This document shows, piece by piece, positions 51,870 through 64,000 of a stretch of DNA of 64,000 bases. The notes beneath the pieces were generated by a model. The model saw only the letters and a program-made list of their open reading frames with translations. It was not told where the DNA came from and did no database searches. Where the stretch lies: NCBI RefSeq assembly GCF_006345805.1, contig NC_043011.1, forward strand, positions 52,836,464 through 52,900,463, written 5' to 3'. The number at the start of each line of letters is the position of its first letter. Position 1 is the first letter of the stretch. The translations under genes and the position numbers were made by a program. Source of the DNA: Octopus sinensis. Its lineage: Eukaryota.

Positions 51870-52078
51870 CTGGTGATGGTGTCACGTTAAAAGCAGCCTG
51901 TACACTCTGTGGAAGGGTTGGCAATAGGAAGGACATCTTGCTATAGAAACCATACCAGAACAGACAATGGAGCCTGGTGTGCCCCCACCCACCTGGCATT
52001 ACCAGCTCCAGTCAAACTGTTCAACCCATGTCAGAATGGAAAATGAACATAAAAAGCTGGTGATGATGATGATGATGT
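51870..52078 (+). mobile_element. RTE-tail element (family D), preceded by an RTE 3' coding remnant at ~51720-51790
   Basis: KCRSFKMDGTCGRGRPRKT remnant, then gtcacgttaaaagca...caacccatg...(gat)n. Confidence 0.65.
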
Positions 52079-53361
52079 CAAAAGAGAGTCAACTTCACCT
52101 ATGACCTACAGCAAAACAAGACAGACAAGTGCAACAATACTCAAGCACCTTGAAAATACCAAGCTAATTTCATGTTTTCATTTATAAAGTGTTAATCTTC
52201 CACGCATCACTGATTTCAGCTAATCTACCACTGAATTCCATCTTGAGAGTATTATTAACTTTGTATGCTATTATTAACTTTGTATGTATGACAACAAGTG
52301 GCATGGGGATGAGGTTATTTTGTGTTTATTCATAAGCAGACCTATCTAGAAGTATTCCAGCCATTACATCTGTATTTTTTATCCTTTATCTTTTGTTTCA
52401 GGAATAAGACTGTGGCCATGCTGGGGCACAGCCTTGAAGAGTTTAGTTGAATTAATTGACCCCAGTACTTTGCCAAACTACTAAGTTATGGTGATGTGAA
52501 CACATCAACATTGGTTATCAAGTGGTGGTGGAGGACTTTATTCATTGACTACCCCTCAACCCAGAAGGAAGAAAGACAAAGTTTACCTTCGTATGATTTC
52601 AACTCAGAAAGGAAGGTGACACAATAAATACTACACTTTGTGTTCTGAACATATTTATCATTAAAGGTATTCCAACCACGACCAACCTGTCTAGTGAAAT
52701 GTGACTAGAGTGAGATTTAACTGCTACTTCTACAGGCAACCATTTTTTTGAGAAATGAGCTGGATGAGACATAGCTCACTATCTGGTGGGACTAACTACT
52801 AAAATATTCAAAATATTTCATTGAGGATGCCAAGTCCTGAGGGTTACAAGTTGCTCATGACTTACATAAATGCTGTGGTTGTAAGGCACAAATAAGATTG
52901 CTCTTACCTCAAGATGCAATTGGCAACAGTATAGCCAAACTTCAGGTTACAGAAATCAGCAAAACTTAACAGTTGTACCCTCACGTGCACTTTACCCAAG
53001 CTTCTGGTCAGAAAGGACAACTCCCCTAAAACAATCCCCAAAACACATCCATTATGCTCGACACCCCAGTGAAAAAAGAGGCTGTTTTGAATACCCTGCT
53101 TCTTGAAGTGAGGTCTCTTCCCCTCATTTCAGGTTTCATTGTCCTTGTCACCCCTTTCACTGCTCCACAAATGCAATCTCATTGGCTCTAAGACTGGAGA
53201 CTGGAAGTTGATTGGTCAAGATGAAGGATTATGAGACTACCAGCTGAAGTTATAGGTTTATATTGTGTCACTAGCTTTGTATTGTCTACATGGCCAAAAC
53301 AGTTCTTTGGTCACTGCAATGGGAAGTTGATATTGTGTCATAAGTATAATATTGTTTAGAT

Positions 53362-53586
53362 CAGTGGCTCTCAACGGGGTCCATGTAAGATTTTATGGTT
53401 AAAATTTATGAGCAATAAATTGCTTATACTTCTACCATATATTTTTTAAAAATACAATTCCCAATAAAATTTAATTATAAAAATACAGTAGGATATTTTT
53501 TATATATATTAAATGGCTATGGATGTCCAGTAGAGTAAAATAAAAATCAAAGGGGTTCATAGGCAAAATATGGTTGAGGGCCATTG
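53362..53586. mobile_element. hAT-type MITE
   Basis: TIRs cagtggctctcaac / gttgagggccattg; a tttagat duplication flanks the element. Confidence 0.65.
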
Positions 53587-55869
53587 TTTAGATGGTTAAA
53601 ACAGGTGTTGTTGACTCAGTTGATTCAACTTCAAATAAACACCATGAGTTTTAGTGAAGTCCTGCTCCTGATAGCACTTGGTGGGAGCACTTTATATTAA
53701 AAAGTTTTGTTAGCTATTCAATATTATTTACTAAACCATTCAAAACTGCTTCTGTTTTTATGATACAAAACCTCACATTTCAAAGTGTTTATGTCTATTT
53801 GGTAACCATATTTCTATAGAAATACACTGTTTTTCTTTCAATAAATTTCAAAACTAATGAATATAGTAAGATAATCTTTGTCAGAATTAAATTAAGCTGA
53901 TGCTTGGATCATAAATTACCATGAAATTTTAATTGGAAGTTATGATTTATATCACTCTAAAACAAGAAGTTTGTACAATAAAAGCAAGAGCCGTCTTGGA
54001 TGGTTTGGTACCAAAAGGGTTATATAAAAAACGTCCATCATAATTTTACATTAGGATATTTTTTTTAATTTATGTATCTAAATACCTAGTAAATAATAAC
54101 AAAGTTATTTCTTTGACCTTTCTAAGAACAGTAATTACAAAAATTCATTGAAACACAATGTTTTACTTTAGAAATATGGTAACAAAACAATTACAATCCT
54201 CCAATGTGTTGGCTCACAACAGGAAACACTTATTTTAAAACTCTCTTTCAATTGATTCTACTATTAAAGCCAGAGCAAACTGGTAATACAGAAACCATGA
54301 TTAAAAAGTTTTATAGGTTGTGCTAAAATCCATATTCTTGTATAGATTCGGTGAATGAAGAGAATTGCAAGAAGTGGTTAATTAGCAGAGTAGACAAACT
54401 ACAGAGAGAGATGTTAGTCAGCTGTAGAGATAAACTGAAGCAATCAAACAGAAAATAGACAGTGCAAAACTGAGATAAGGCTTCACATTGAGTGAAACCT
54501 TGTTGAAAGTGTGTGTGTGTGTGTGTTTGTTTGTTTAGCTTTCAAATACGTCTGAGTAGATATTGAGAAGGTGGAGAGAGAGAGACAGAGAGAAGATAGA
54601 GAGAAGATAGAATTTTCACAGAAAAATTGGTCGTTTTCTTTTCTTCTTTGCATGAGCTCCAGGACTCATAAGGTCACAGCTTAACCTGGTGTCTGTGGTG
54701 TACAAGTAATTAAACTTACTGAATAGGATGCTAGTCCTTTGCAGGTTAACTTCCCCAACTATTGCCAGAACTCATTTACAGATGAGTGGACTGGAAGGTG
54801 AAAGGAAGTGTTTTGCACAAGAATACAATGTATTGCCTGCTCTGGGAACCGAAATCATGATCTTACAATTGATTGTGAACGCAACATCCTAACCACTAGG
54901 CCATGCAATTTCATACTTACACTTTCATATATTTTTCACATTTTGAAGACTTCAAGGAACTTTGCAGAAGCTGATGTTGCCAAAAACAATTGTATACAGA
55001 GTGGGTGTGTGAGGGTAATCACTATTTCCTGCTATCTCTGCCTGCAGCAGAATCTAGGCTGATGGGAGATAGCTGCCTTCATAATATGAATCTATGTTAT
55101 TGGACATACCTAACATTAGTTTCATCAGTCTTACTCTTCTGTGCTGGCTTAGGGCTGAGGATATTAATTTTGGAGTTTTCTTTCTCTTAAATTGATTGCT
55201 TTCACTACAGCTCCAGAGCTCAGTTTACCCTTACAAATAAAATCTGACAGGTGCTACCATTTTAAGTCAGAACAGACTTGAAGTAATGGCAATTAAGGGG
55301 TGACTCCATGCTCCCCAACAACTCCTGAACTGTGAAGGTAACAGTTGAATGTTAAGTCAAGCTACTGTAAACAGAAACCACACCTATTTCTATGTAAAGC
55401 TGACAAATTATTATGAGAGATGAAATTCACTAGTAAGGGTTCAACCCAAAACAAATAATGCAGGCATTCAAATTTGCTGAACTTTCAAATCCAAATTAGC
55501 ATGGAAATAAATAATTGGCTTTGCCAGTGGTTTGAACAAAGTATTTCGGTTGTTCAAGCAATCTACTCATTGATTTATAGTGCAAGTAACAGAGTATTCT
55601 AAAGACATACCAATTAACCCTCAGGTAGACTCAGCATGACACTGTATGTAACAAGAGTGAATTTTTAAATTACAGATATAGTTGATCAGACAGGTACAGA
55701 CTTCTATTCAGTTTCCTTCTACCTAATTTCACTCAAAAGTCTAATTTAGAAGACACTTGCAATGGAATTGAATCTGGGACTTAATGACAGCAAAGCAAAT
55801 CTCTTAACAATTCAACCATGCTTGCATACAAGAAAATACACACAGATCACACACACACACACATACATA

Positions 55870-56962
55870 CAGGGTCTTTCAAAAATTTTGATATTTCACA
55901 ATCTAATAACTGTCAGTTCTTCAAATAACTTCAAATTTTAACAGCACGTGTAGAAACAGGTCAAAATTTTATGTTTAACCCGTTCATTACCAGCCCGGCT
56001 GAATCTGGCTCTGGCTCTGAGTACAAATGTTTTGTTTTCATAAGTTTTGAATTAAAATCTTCCACCAAACCTTAGTCACAATTTATGTTCCTAACACTAG
56101 CTGAATTTATTTTACTAAATTCTTTGTTACATCTAAAGTAATTCAAAGAAACACAGAGCATCTCAAAATAAACACAGTAACAAAAGGGTTAATGTTTGAT
56201 ATGTTTATCTTTTCAGGTATAGAAATGGCATTCACTGGAAGAGGAAAGGCGCTTTGTGTGTTGGAGTATGCTCGAACACAGTCAAACAAGACTGTGCAGC
56301 ATGCATTTGCGAGAGAGTTCTCTAAAAGGTCACCAACAACAATGCAGATTTGGACATGCCACTAAAAATTCAAAGAGGAAGGCTGTCTGTGCAGGGCAAA
56401 AGGATCTGGAAGACTACTAACATTGGAAGAAACGGTCAAGCGGGTTTGGCAAAATCTCTTGTGAAGCCTCAAGAAGTCCATAAGAACAAGTCTGCAAACC
56501 CAGATTCCTCTAACGACAGTTTGGCACCTCCTAAGAAAATGCTTGCTAATGAAACCCTATAAGCTGCAGCTCGTTCAGGCCATAACAGCAGATAACAAGC
56601 AGAAGTGCAAACATGGGGCTATGTGAAGGGCCTGGTCTATGTCCCCACGCTTCCTGCAAACCTAGAGGAACTCGAGCAGAGAATCACTACTGCACTGGAG
56701 ACTGTTACCCAAGACATGCTGCAGCACGTTTGAGAGGAGCTGGACTACTGACTTGACGTGTGCCGTGTCTCAGGTATTGCGCATATTGAACATTTGTGAA
56801 ATCATTCATGGAATCCACATACCTTTGAATTTCTCACTCAAATTTGGAGTAATAAATCTTATGTTGTTCAACATTAAGCCAATTTAATTTCATTTGCTTT
56901 GACTATGTAGTTTCTGTGATATTTACATCTCAATTATATCAATTTTTTTGAACCCCCCCCTG
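55870..56962 (+). mobile_element. Internally deleted Tc1/mariner-superfamily element with a nested piggyBac-type MITE (55979-56188)
   Basis: TIRs cagggtctttcaaaaattttgat / atcaatttttttgaaccccccctg. Remnant peptide MAFTGRGKALCVLEYARTQSNKTVQHAF...KPYKLQLVQAI and LEELEQRITTALETVTQDML...GIAHIEHL; the catalytic core is missing. Confidence 0.8.
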
Positions 56963-56974
56963 TGTGTGTGTGTG

Positions 56975-57006
<32 letters not shown>

Positions 57007-57039
57007 CACACACATACATGTGTGTGCATGCTTATCTTT

Positions 57040-57285
57040 TATTTGTTTCACTCATTAGACTACGGCCTTGCTGGGGCACCATCTTGAAGAATTTTAGTCA
57101 AACGAATCAATCCCAGCACTTTGTTTTCAGTCTGGTATTTCTTCTATCTGTCGAACAGGGACATAAATATGCCAACACTGGTTGTCAAGCTGTGGTGGGA
57201 GACAAACACAGAGACAAAACACAAAGACACACACATATATACATATGACAGCCTTCTTTCAGTTTCCGTTTACCAAATCCATGTA
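57040..57285 (-). mobile_element. SINE family A partial copy
   Basis: atttgtttcactcattagactacggcc...cttctttcagtttccgtttaccaaatcca. Confidence 0.7.
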
Positions 57286-58140
57286 TGTGTGTGCGTATGT
57301 GTCTTGACATCACATGATAGTTGTAAGCAAGTGTCACCACCATGCAAGCGACATCCTTCATTTCCAATCTTCTGTGAAAACATATCTGGTCATAGGAAAA
57401 TATTATCTTAGTTGGAAACAGGTGAAGGTTGGCTACAAAAAGGCAGGATGGGCATCTGGCCATAGACAATCTGCCTTTACAAAGTATGTTTGACTCATGC
57501 AAGCATGAGAAAGTGGATGTTAAAATGATGATGATGATATACATACATGTAAGTGGGTATCTGAGTATGTGTGAGTGTGTGTGTGTGTTTATATGCTTGT
57601 GTGCGCGTGTGTGTGTGTGTGTGTGTGTACAATCTATGTGCTGTAATGCAGGTAGTAAATGACCAGTAAAGTGAATCTATAAGTCAGGCTCATTTCCCAG
57701 TTGTATCTATTCCACTTTCTATAATTGAGAGAAAAGATATCATTGTTACACTTCCGACTTATCCTTTCCCCTCCCCTCCCCATCCCCCCACACACCGGGA
57801 AGTTGATAGAGTCGATCATTCATTGATGGATACCTCTGATCACAAAGCTCACACAATTGGCCATTTATCACAGTAGTGTGGCGTATAAATAAATATTTTC
57901 ACAATATCTCATGCTTATATATATATACAATTTGTACAAGCACACACACACACAGAGTTATGTACCAATATACGGTTCTCCTGTAATTGTGCACGTGTGA
58001 TTATTTGAGAAGCATGAAAGTGTGTGTGAGTGACGATTGAAAGTACACACTGCAACATCTGCACTGTAACAGTATTAAATAGTAGTATCTTATCACTTAA
58101 GTGAAGAAGGGATTTTACAACAATCTTTGAATTAAACAAT

Positions 58141-58177
<37 letters not shown>

Positions 58178-58712
58178 TACACAGAGTCTTAATTACAACA
58201 CTGAAGGTTTCAAACACATCAACAATGGCTCTACACACAACACTGGCAGGAGGTGGTAGGGAAGCTAAAAATGTCTTTGATTATAGTGGTTTACCAGTAA
58301 AACAACTTGATGGAACAATCAGTTACAAATGGACGCAATTGTCTTCAGAGGGAATTCGCCGGAAATTAGCCGGAAAAGTGTGTAATGCCAGTGTTTGAAT
58401 AGGTGTCAATGTATAGTTGTTGCTATCTGAATTGTACAGAACCATTGGTAAACAGAACAGCTCAAAGTGACTGCCGGTTGCTAGTGTTAGCCAGTAAATT
58501 AGATATCTCTAATGGTTAGTTTACTTTTAATACCATTAATAAAAGCCAAATGGAACCCCACCACCACCACCCCCGTTCCCAACACACAACTCAAGAATAC
58601 AATGTTCAGAGAGTCTCAATAGTATACTGTCTACTTGAAAACGGTGTCAGATGTTATTGACATAACCAAGTAGGTTTGCCCAGTAAATTTAAGAGAAACT
58701 TTGTCATTATAA

Positions 58713-58743
<31 letters not shown>

Positions 58744-58822
58744 CCTGGTGAGCTCGCAACTTGTTTAAATGGCGGTGCCCCAGCATGGCCACAGCTCATT
58801 AGCTGAAACTGGAAAAATCAAA

Positions 58823-58855
<33 letters not shown>

Positions 58856-58857
<2 letters not shown>

Positions 58858-59135
58858 TCATTTAACGTCCGCTTTCCATGCTAGCATGGGTTGGACGGTT
58901 CAACTGCGGTCTGGGGAGCCCAAAGGCTGCACCAGGCCAGTCAGATATGGCAGTGTTTCTACAGCTGGATGCCCTTCCTAATGCCAACCACTCCGAGAGT
59001 GTAGTGGGTGATTTTATGTACCACCGACACAGGTGCCAGACGAGGCTGGTGAACGGCCACGCTCGGATGGTGCTTTTTATGTGCCACCGACACAGGTGCC
59101 AGACGAGGCTGGCAGACGTCCACGCTCGGATGGTG
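58856..59135 (-). mobile_element. RTE-tail element (family D), longer copy with internal direct repeat
   Basis: catcatttaacgtccgctttccatgctagcatgggttggacgg...gccaccgacacaggtgccagacgaggctgg (twice). Confidence 0.75.
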
Positions 59136-59304
59136 TTTTTATATAAAAAAAATGGTAATGGAACAGTAGAAATGGTTATGTGCTAGACGAAATCCTCTGC
59201 AGTATTTAGTTATATATCTTTATGCTCTGAGTTCAAACCTGGCAAGGGATGATGTGATTTTCGTTCTTCCATGGACAATACAAGAAGCATTAGTCAAAAA
59301 CTGG

Positions 59305-59690
59305 TTTCAAATTTTGGCACATGGCCAGCAATTTTAGGGGAGGGGATGAGTCAATTACATCACCCCCAGTGTTCAACTGGTACTTATTTCATCAACCCTG
59401 GAAGGATGAAAGGCAAAGTCTTTCAAGCCACAGCGGAATTTGAACTCAGAACATTAAAGTCAGAAGAAATACCTATTTCTTCACTAGTCACAAGGGGCTA
59501 AACAGAGAGGACAAACAAGGACAGACAAACAGATTAAGTCGATTATATTGACCCCGGTGTGTAACTGGTACTTATTTAATCGACCCTGAAAGGATGAAAG
59601 GCAAAGTCGACCTCAGCGGAATTTGAACTTAGAACATAGCAGCAGACCGCTAAGCATTTTGCCCGGCGTGCTAATGTTTCTGCCAGTTTG
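59305..59690 (-). mobile_element. Two SINE family B copies
   Basis: Same motifs as 27375-27775. Confidence 0.8.
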
Positions 59691-59856
59691 CAGTCTTAAA
59701 AGAGCCGAGTATAAAAATTTTCGAGTGTATTGGCATTAGTCATTCTCCCAAATGCTTGTGGCCCTGTACATTAATGATACTGACAGAATCGGTTAGACAT
59801 TAAATGACAGAATGGTAGCACATTAAACAAAATACCTTGTGGTATTTGTTTAACAC

Positions 59857-60129
59857 CAGTGGTTCCCAAACCTTTTGGGTTGCTGCCCCCCTGGCACTCA
59901 GGTCATATTTCTAGCACCACCACAAACATCGACCACTTTCTGCAGCAAATTCAAAAGAACTGTATTTGATAAATAAAACTTATTCTACTTAACCAATTAT
60001 TTTGTTATTTTTACATCCGTTACCCACTTTTGGCCACTCCATTATTGCACCACTTTTCATCAACACCCCCTCCAACTCAATCTTTCCACTGCCCCCTGGG
60101 GGCAGTACCTATCACTTTGGGAACCACTG
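59857..60129. mobile_element. hAT-type MITE
   Basis: TIRs cagtggttcccaaa / tttgggaaccactg and subterminal ctgccccc/gggggcag. Confidence 0.75.
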
Positions 60130-60355
60130 GTTTACATCCTACATTCCTATCCTCCTTGGGTTGATGTTTTATTTCATAATTCCGGGTTTATTAAATAATA
60201 TTACTAGGCACAGACATGGCTTGTTTGACAACCACATTCTTTTGGATTCAGATCTACACACAGCATTTGAGGTGTCTTCTACTGAAGCCTCTGGACAACC
60301 AATACCTTATGAATGAATTTGGTAAACAGAAACTGTTTGAAAACCTTTGTATATA

Positions 60356-60579
60356 CAAAGGGGGTTGCCAAAACAAAAAGTTCCTGGCTGTAAAGGTATT
60401 ACAAAAGACCTGGTTGGAGGCCCGACTTTCTGAATTCTTTTACAAGGCTTAGAAAAACTGAAGGATCACTGCAATAAGTGTGTGAATCTGAAAGGGGAAT
60501 ATTTTGAATACAATCATAATTAACTGGCCTCCCTGTATTTTCTTTTACTAAAAGTCAAGAACTCTTCAGCACTCCCTCA
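60356..60579. mobile_element. Mariner-type MITE
   Basis: TA-flanked; degenerate TIRs (aaaagttcctggct ... aaagtcaagaactcttcagcactccctca). Confidence 0.5.
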
Positions 60580-61000
60580 TATATATATATATATGTGCAT
60601 GTTCCTCTTTTTCTTTCTTTGACTCTTTTGCTTTCCTCCCTCTCTCTCTCTTTCTGTCCTTAATACTTCTTCCTTTGTTCTGACTTTCAATTCGTTTGAC
60701 ATTTTCATTTACCTTTGGTACCCTATACCTGTCTCTCTGGCAGTAACTGCTTTTTTGTCGTATATGTATATTTTATTTTTTGCTGTGTTTGTTTTTGTCA
60801 TTGTCCTGTACATTAGCTATTCCCAGTGGCTTTTCATTACTGGTGCCACAAAAAGTGAACAATATCAATGTTAAAGGTGCAAAATTCTAATGATCTTTTT
60901 GGATGTTGACTGATGAGGAATTAGAAATGAATTTTTTGTTCATTATGTTTTTGTAACAATTTCCGTTTGTTGTACTTTTGTTAAATTTTTGAAATATATA

Positions 61001-61262
61001 TTGGGTTGGTAAGAGAGTAATTTTGGTTTTCTAATTGCAAAATAAATGTAATTCTTTTTCATACAAAGAATGAACTTCAATCATTTATATATTTTCCATT
61101 TTGTTCAATGACCTTTTGCCATCTATCTGGCAACTTCATGATTCCGTGCTTATAGAACTTCTGGTCCTTATCAGTCAAAAACTGAAGCAAGTACAATTTC
61201 AGGTCATCATCATTATTGAAAGCTTTACCATTCAAAGAATTTTGCAAACTTTGCAAAATCTG
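61001..61262 (-). mobile_element. Mariner 3' remnant
   Basis: TA plus TIR ttgggttgg; peptide QSLQNSLNGKAFNNDDDLKLYLLQFLTDKDQKFYKHGIMKLPDRWQKVIEQNGKYI, a mariner transposase C-terminus. Confidence 0.9.
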
Positions 61263-62689
61263 TGATGAGCCAGAGTGACTCTGATGACCTGGAGTCACCT
61301 CTGAGGCAGACAAACAGATAGATATGTATATCTGTATGTCTGTGTTTTCCCTTACAGTAGTCTGAGATATAGTATGTCTGAATAAAAAGACTGGTTGGCC
61401 ACAGCTGGAACTAACACCTTAAGATAAAAGAAATTAAAAGTTAGCATAAATATATAGACATATACATTCTATTTAATTCTATAACAACACTACATGCTGC
61501 AACTATAAATTATAGTTAAAACATGAAGTGTTGCTGTAGAATTAAACAGAATGAAAGTCAGAAGATGTACCATATGTTCTCAGCAACATGGCTTGAATAT
61601 TGAACTGGTTGTACAACATTTAATGTTTTATATTATCATTAGAATTCATTTAGCATAAAGAAACACTCTATACACATATGGAAAATATGTCTTAATTCAT
61701 ACAGGGTGAGCTAATTTGCATATTTATGTTAATTTGACAGGCTCCTGAAACTTTGTACATAGTCAATTTAATATTCATGCTGTGCTGCCAAATATTTAGG
61801 ATATATTCTCCCCAAGTTCTATTTCATAGAAAGATTATAAGTTTTAAACACACACACACACATATATGTATGTATATTTAAAACTTCAGTAAACAAAAGT
61901 TTGATTAGATAAGCTAGACATTAGTTAACTTTCTATTACATTATTAGGTTAAACATTGGCAAAGTTTTACATTATTTGGTGAACATCATGTTACAATTTT
62001 GGAAATTCTTTTGTTGGTTTCAGTCATTGGAATCTGGCCATGCTGGGGCACAATTTCCAAGGGTTTAGACAATTGTATATATTAGTCTGGAACTTAACTT
62101 TACTGACTCCTTTCGTTGAGCTATTAAGCTCTGGGTCTCACGGGTCACAAAATGAATATGAACAGACACACCTGTGTGCGTGTGTGTGTACATGCATATA
62201 GTGTGTCATCATTTAACATATGTTTTCCATGGTGGCATGGGTTGGATGTTTCAACAGGAACTGACTGACAGGACCAAGCCCTGCTGTCTACTTAGGCATG
62301 GTTTCTATAGTTGGATGCCCTCAGAATTTCTGACCATGAGTTTTTAGTAGTTTGATCAACTCTAAAGTCCATTGAATTAGTGTATAAGTGGTTGAATATT
62401 CCACAGACATGTGTACTTTTAATGTAATTTCCAGGCAGAACCAGTGTTACAAGGCCAGACTTTTCACTTAGTGGTACAATCCTTCTGCTGGGCTTCCACT
62501 CAGTTTTCTTCTACTCCAGTTTCATGGCATGGGGCCATCCAAGACTATGGTAAAAGACACTTGCTCATGATTACAGTGGGACTGAACCTACGATCTTGTG
62601 ATTAAGAAGTCACCATTTAAACCATATAATAACTGCTTGTATTAACAGACCAATGATGAACATTTCATACTTAGGCACAAGACCATATA

Positions 62690-63969
62690 TTGGGTCATCC
62701 CATAAATAGTGCAGCTTTTTCAAATGCATGAACTAAAAGTTGGAGGAGAATGGGATAAGCTACTTGCATCAACTTGCTATAAAAGCCGGTAGTAATTTTA
62801 CCTTGTTCTTATTTTTAGTGCAAGTTTTGAAGAGTGCAGTTTGATTTTAACAGTTATTTTTTCAAAACTACAATGGAAGTGACAAAGGGGCATATTTGGC
62901 ATATTTTGCTTTATAAGTTCAAAACAGGCAAGAATGGAATGGAATGGAAAGTGTAAGAAATATTAATGCAGTATATGAGAATCGGGCAATAAGCATAAGC
63001 CAATACAAACAGTGGTTCCAGAAATTCCAAGCCAGAAACTACAGCCTAGAAGACAAACCTCATCCTGGAAGGTCTTTTGAGCTCAATGAGGACATCCTAC
63101 AAACACTGGTGGAACAAAATCCCATTGTAACTGTTGAGGAACTAGCAGGGAAGCTTGGATTTTGTCATTCAACCATTCATCAGACCTGCATGCCATCGGA
63201 AAAGTCAGCAAATTGGGTCAATGGGTTCAACACAAACTTTGCAAGCCTAATCACGCACAGAGTGTGAATGTGTGCCCTTCTTTGCTATCACATCTCATGA
63301 ATGAACCTTTTTTTAGACTGAACAGTGACTAGTGACGAGAAACGGGTTCTCTATAAAAATGTCAAGCACCAAAGAGACTGGGTAGGGAAAGGAGAAACAC
63401 TGACACCCCAGGCTAAAGGTCTTCACCCACATAAGGTGTTGTTATCTGTTTGGTGGGATATAAAAAGTTTAGTCCACTTTGAACTTTTAAACCCAAGCCA
63501 AATGATAAAGGAGATCTACTGCAAGTAGCTTGAGTGGCTTAAGTCAGCACTAGAAGAAAAATGACCATTTTTGATTTCAGGATGAATGGTGTTCTTCCTT
63601 CAGGATAATGCTCGGCCACATTCAGCAAGGATGACATTCCAAAGGCTGGAGCAGTTTGAATAGGAAATGATGCCCCACCCATCATATTTGCCAGGCATTG
63701 CCCCATCTGATTATCATTTATTCCACAGTCTTCAAAATCATTTGGACGGAAAAAACATGAATTCTGTAGATGAGGTCAGAACAGTACTGGAGGAGAATTT
63801 TTCATCATGGACAAGTGAATTTTGGAAGAGGGGCCTTGCAAGTCTATGAGATATATGGAAGAGTATTGTAGAAAATGAAGACGAATATATTTTAAATTAA
63901 AAAAGAACTTTATCTTAATTTTGAAAAACAAAAGTATAAAAAAAACCCATTATTTATGGGATGACCCAA
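62690..63969 (+). mobile_element. Full-length (1280 bp) decayed mariner (DD34D-type) element
   Basis: TA|ttgggtcatccccataaata ... tatttatgggatgacccaa|TA. Interrupted transposase with TSDEKRVLY, KVLLSVWWD, QDNARPH and APSDYHLFHSLQN motifs. Confidence 0.95.
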
Positions 63970-64000
63970 TATATTAGATTCAAATTTTGGTACAAGGCTA

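Noticed and set aside
58516-58536. Minus-strand ATG GTA TTA AAA GTA (MVLKV) resembling SH3BGR exon 1
   Set aside because: Followed by AAC TAA. No frame gives the expected Y..S..SG..E or a donor at codon 15, so it is probably coincidence.
60910-60935. CTGATGA...GAAA hammerhead-like word (similar words at ~49416 and ~20580)
   Set aside because: No stem II, stem III or stem I pairing can be formed.

Overview
AT-rich animal genomic DNA. The SINE families and microsatellite load suggest a coleoid cephalopod, probably Octopus (inference). The only protein-coding gene I can support is an SH3BGR/SH3BGRL-family gene on the minus strand. Two exons are visible (37251-37066 and 1826-1767), separated by a 35,239-bp intron; the short first coding exon was not found. 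The rest is intron or intergenic DNA packed with tRNA-derived SINEs, LINE fragments (RTE, Tx1-like, R4/Dong-like), Tc1/mariner remnants, piggyBac- and hAT-type MITEs, a 5S rRNA pseudogene and very long simple repeats. Nearly all long ORFs in the track are repeat artefacts. The most notable signal is a 562-bp unit repeated 3.07 times head-to-tail inside a (TA)n tract (16124-17850). Each unit carries a type I hammerhead ribozyme fold with a GUC cleavage site, in the same orientation as the host pre-mRNA, resembling a retrozyme or Penelope-like element. A second, unrelated hammerhead-bearing element with a tRNA-like head forms a ~500-bp palindrome with a 13-bp target-site duplication (51161-51665).
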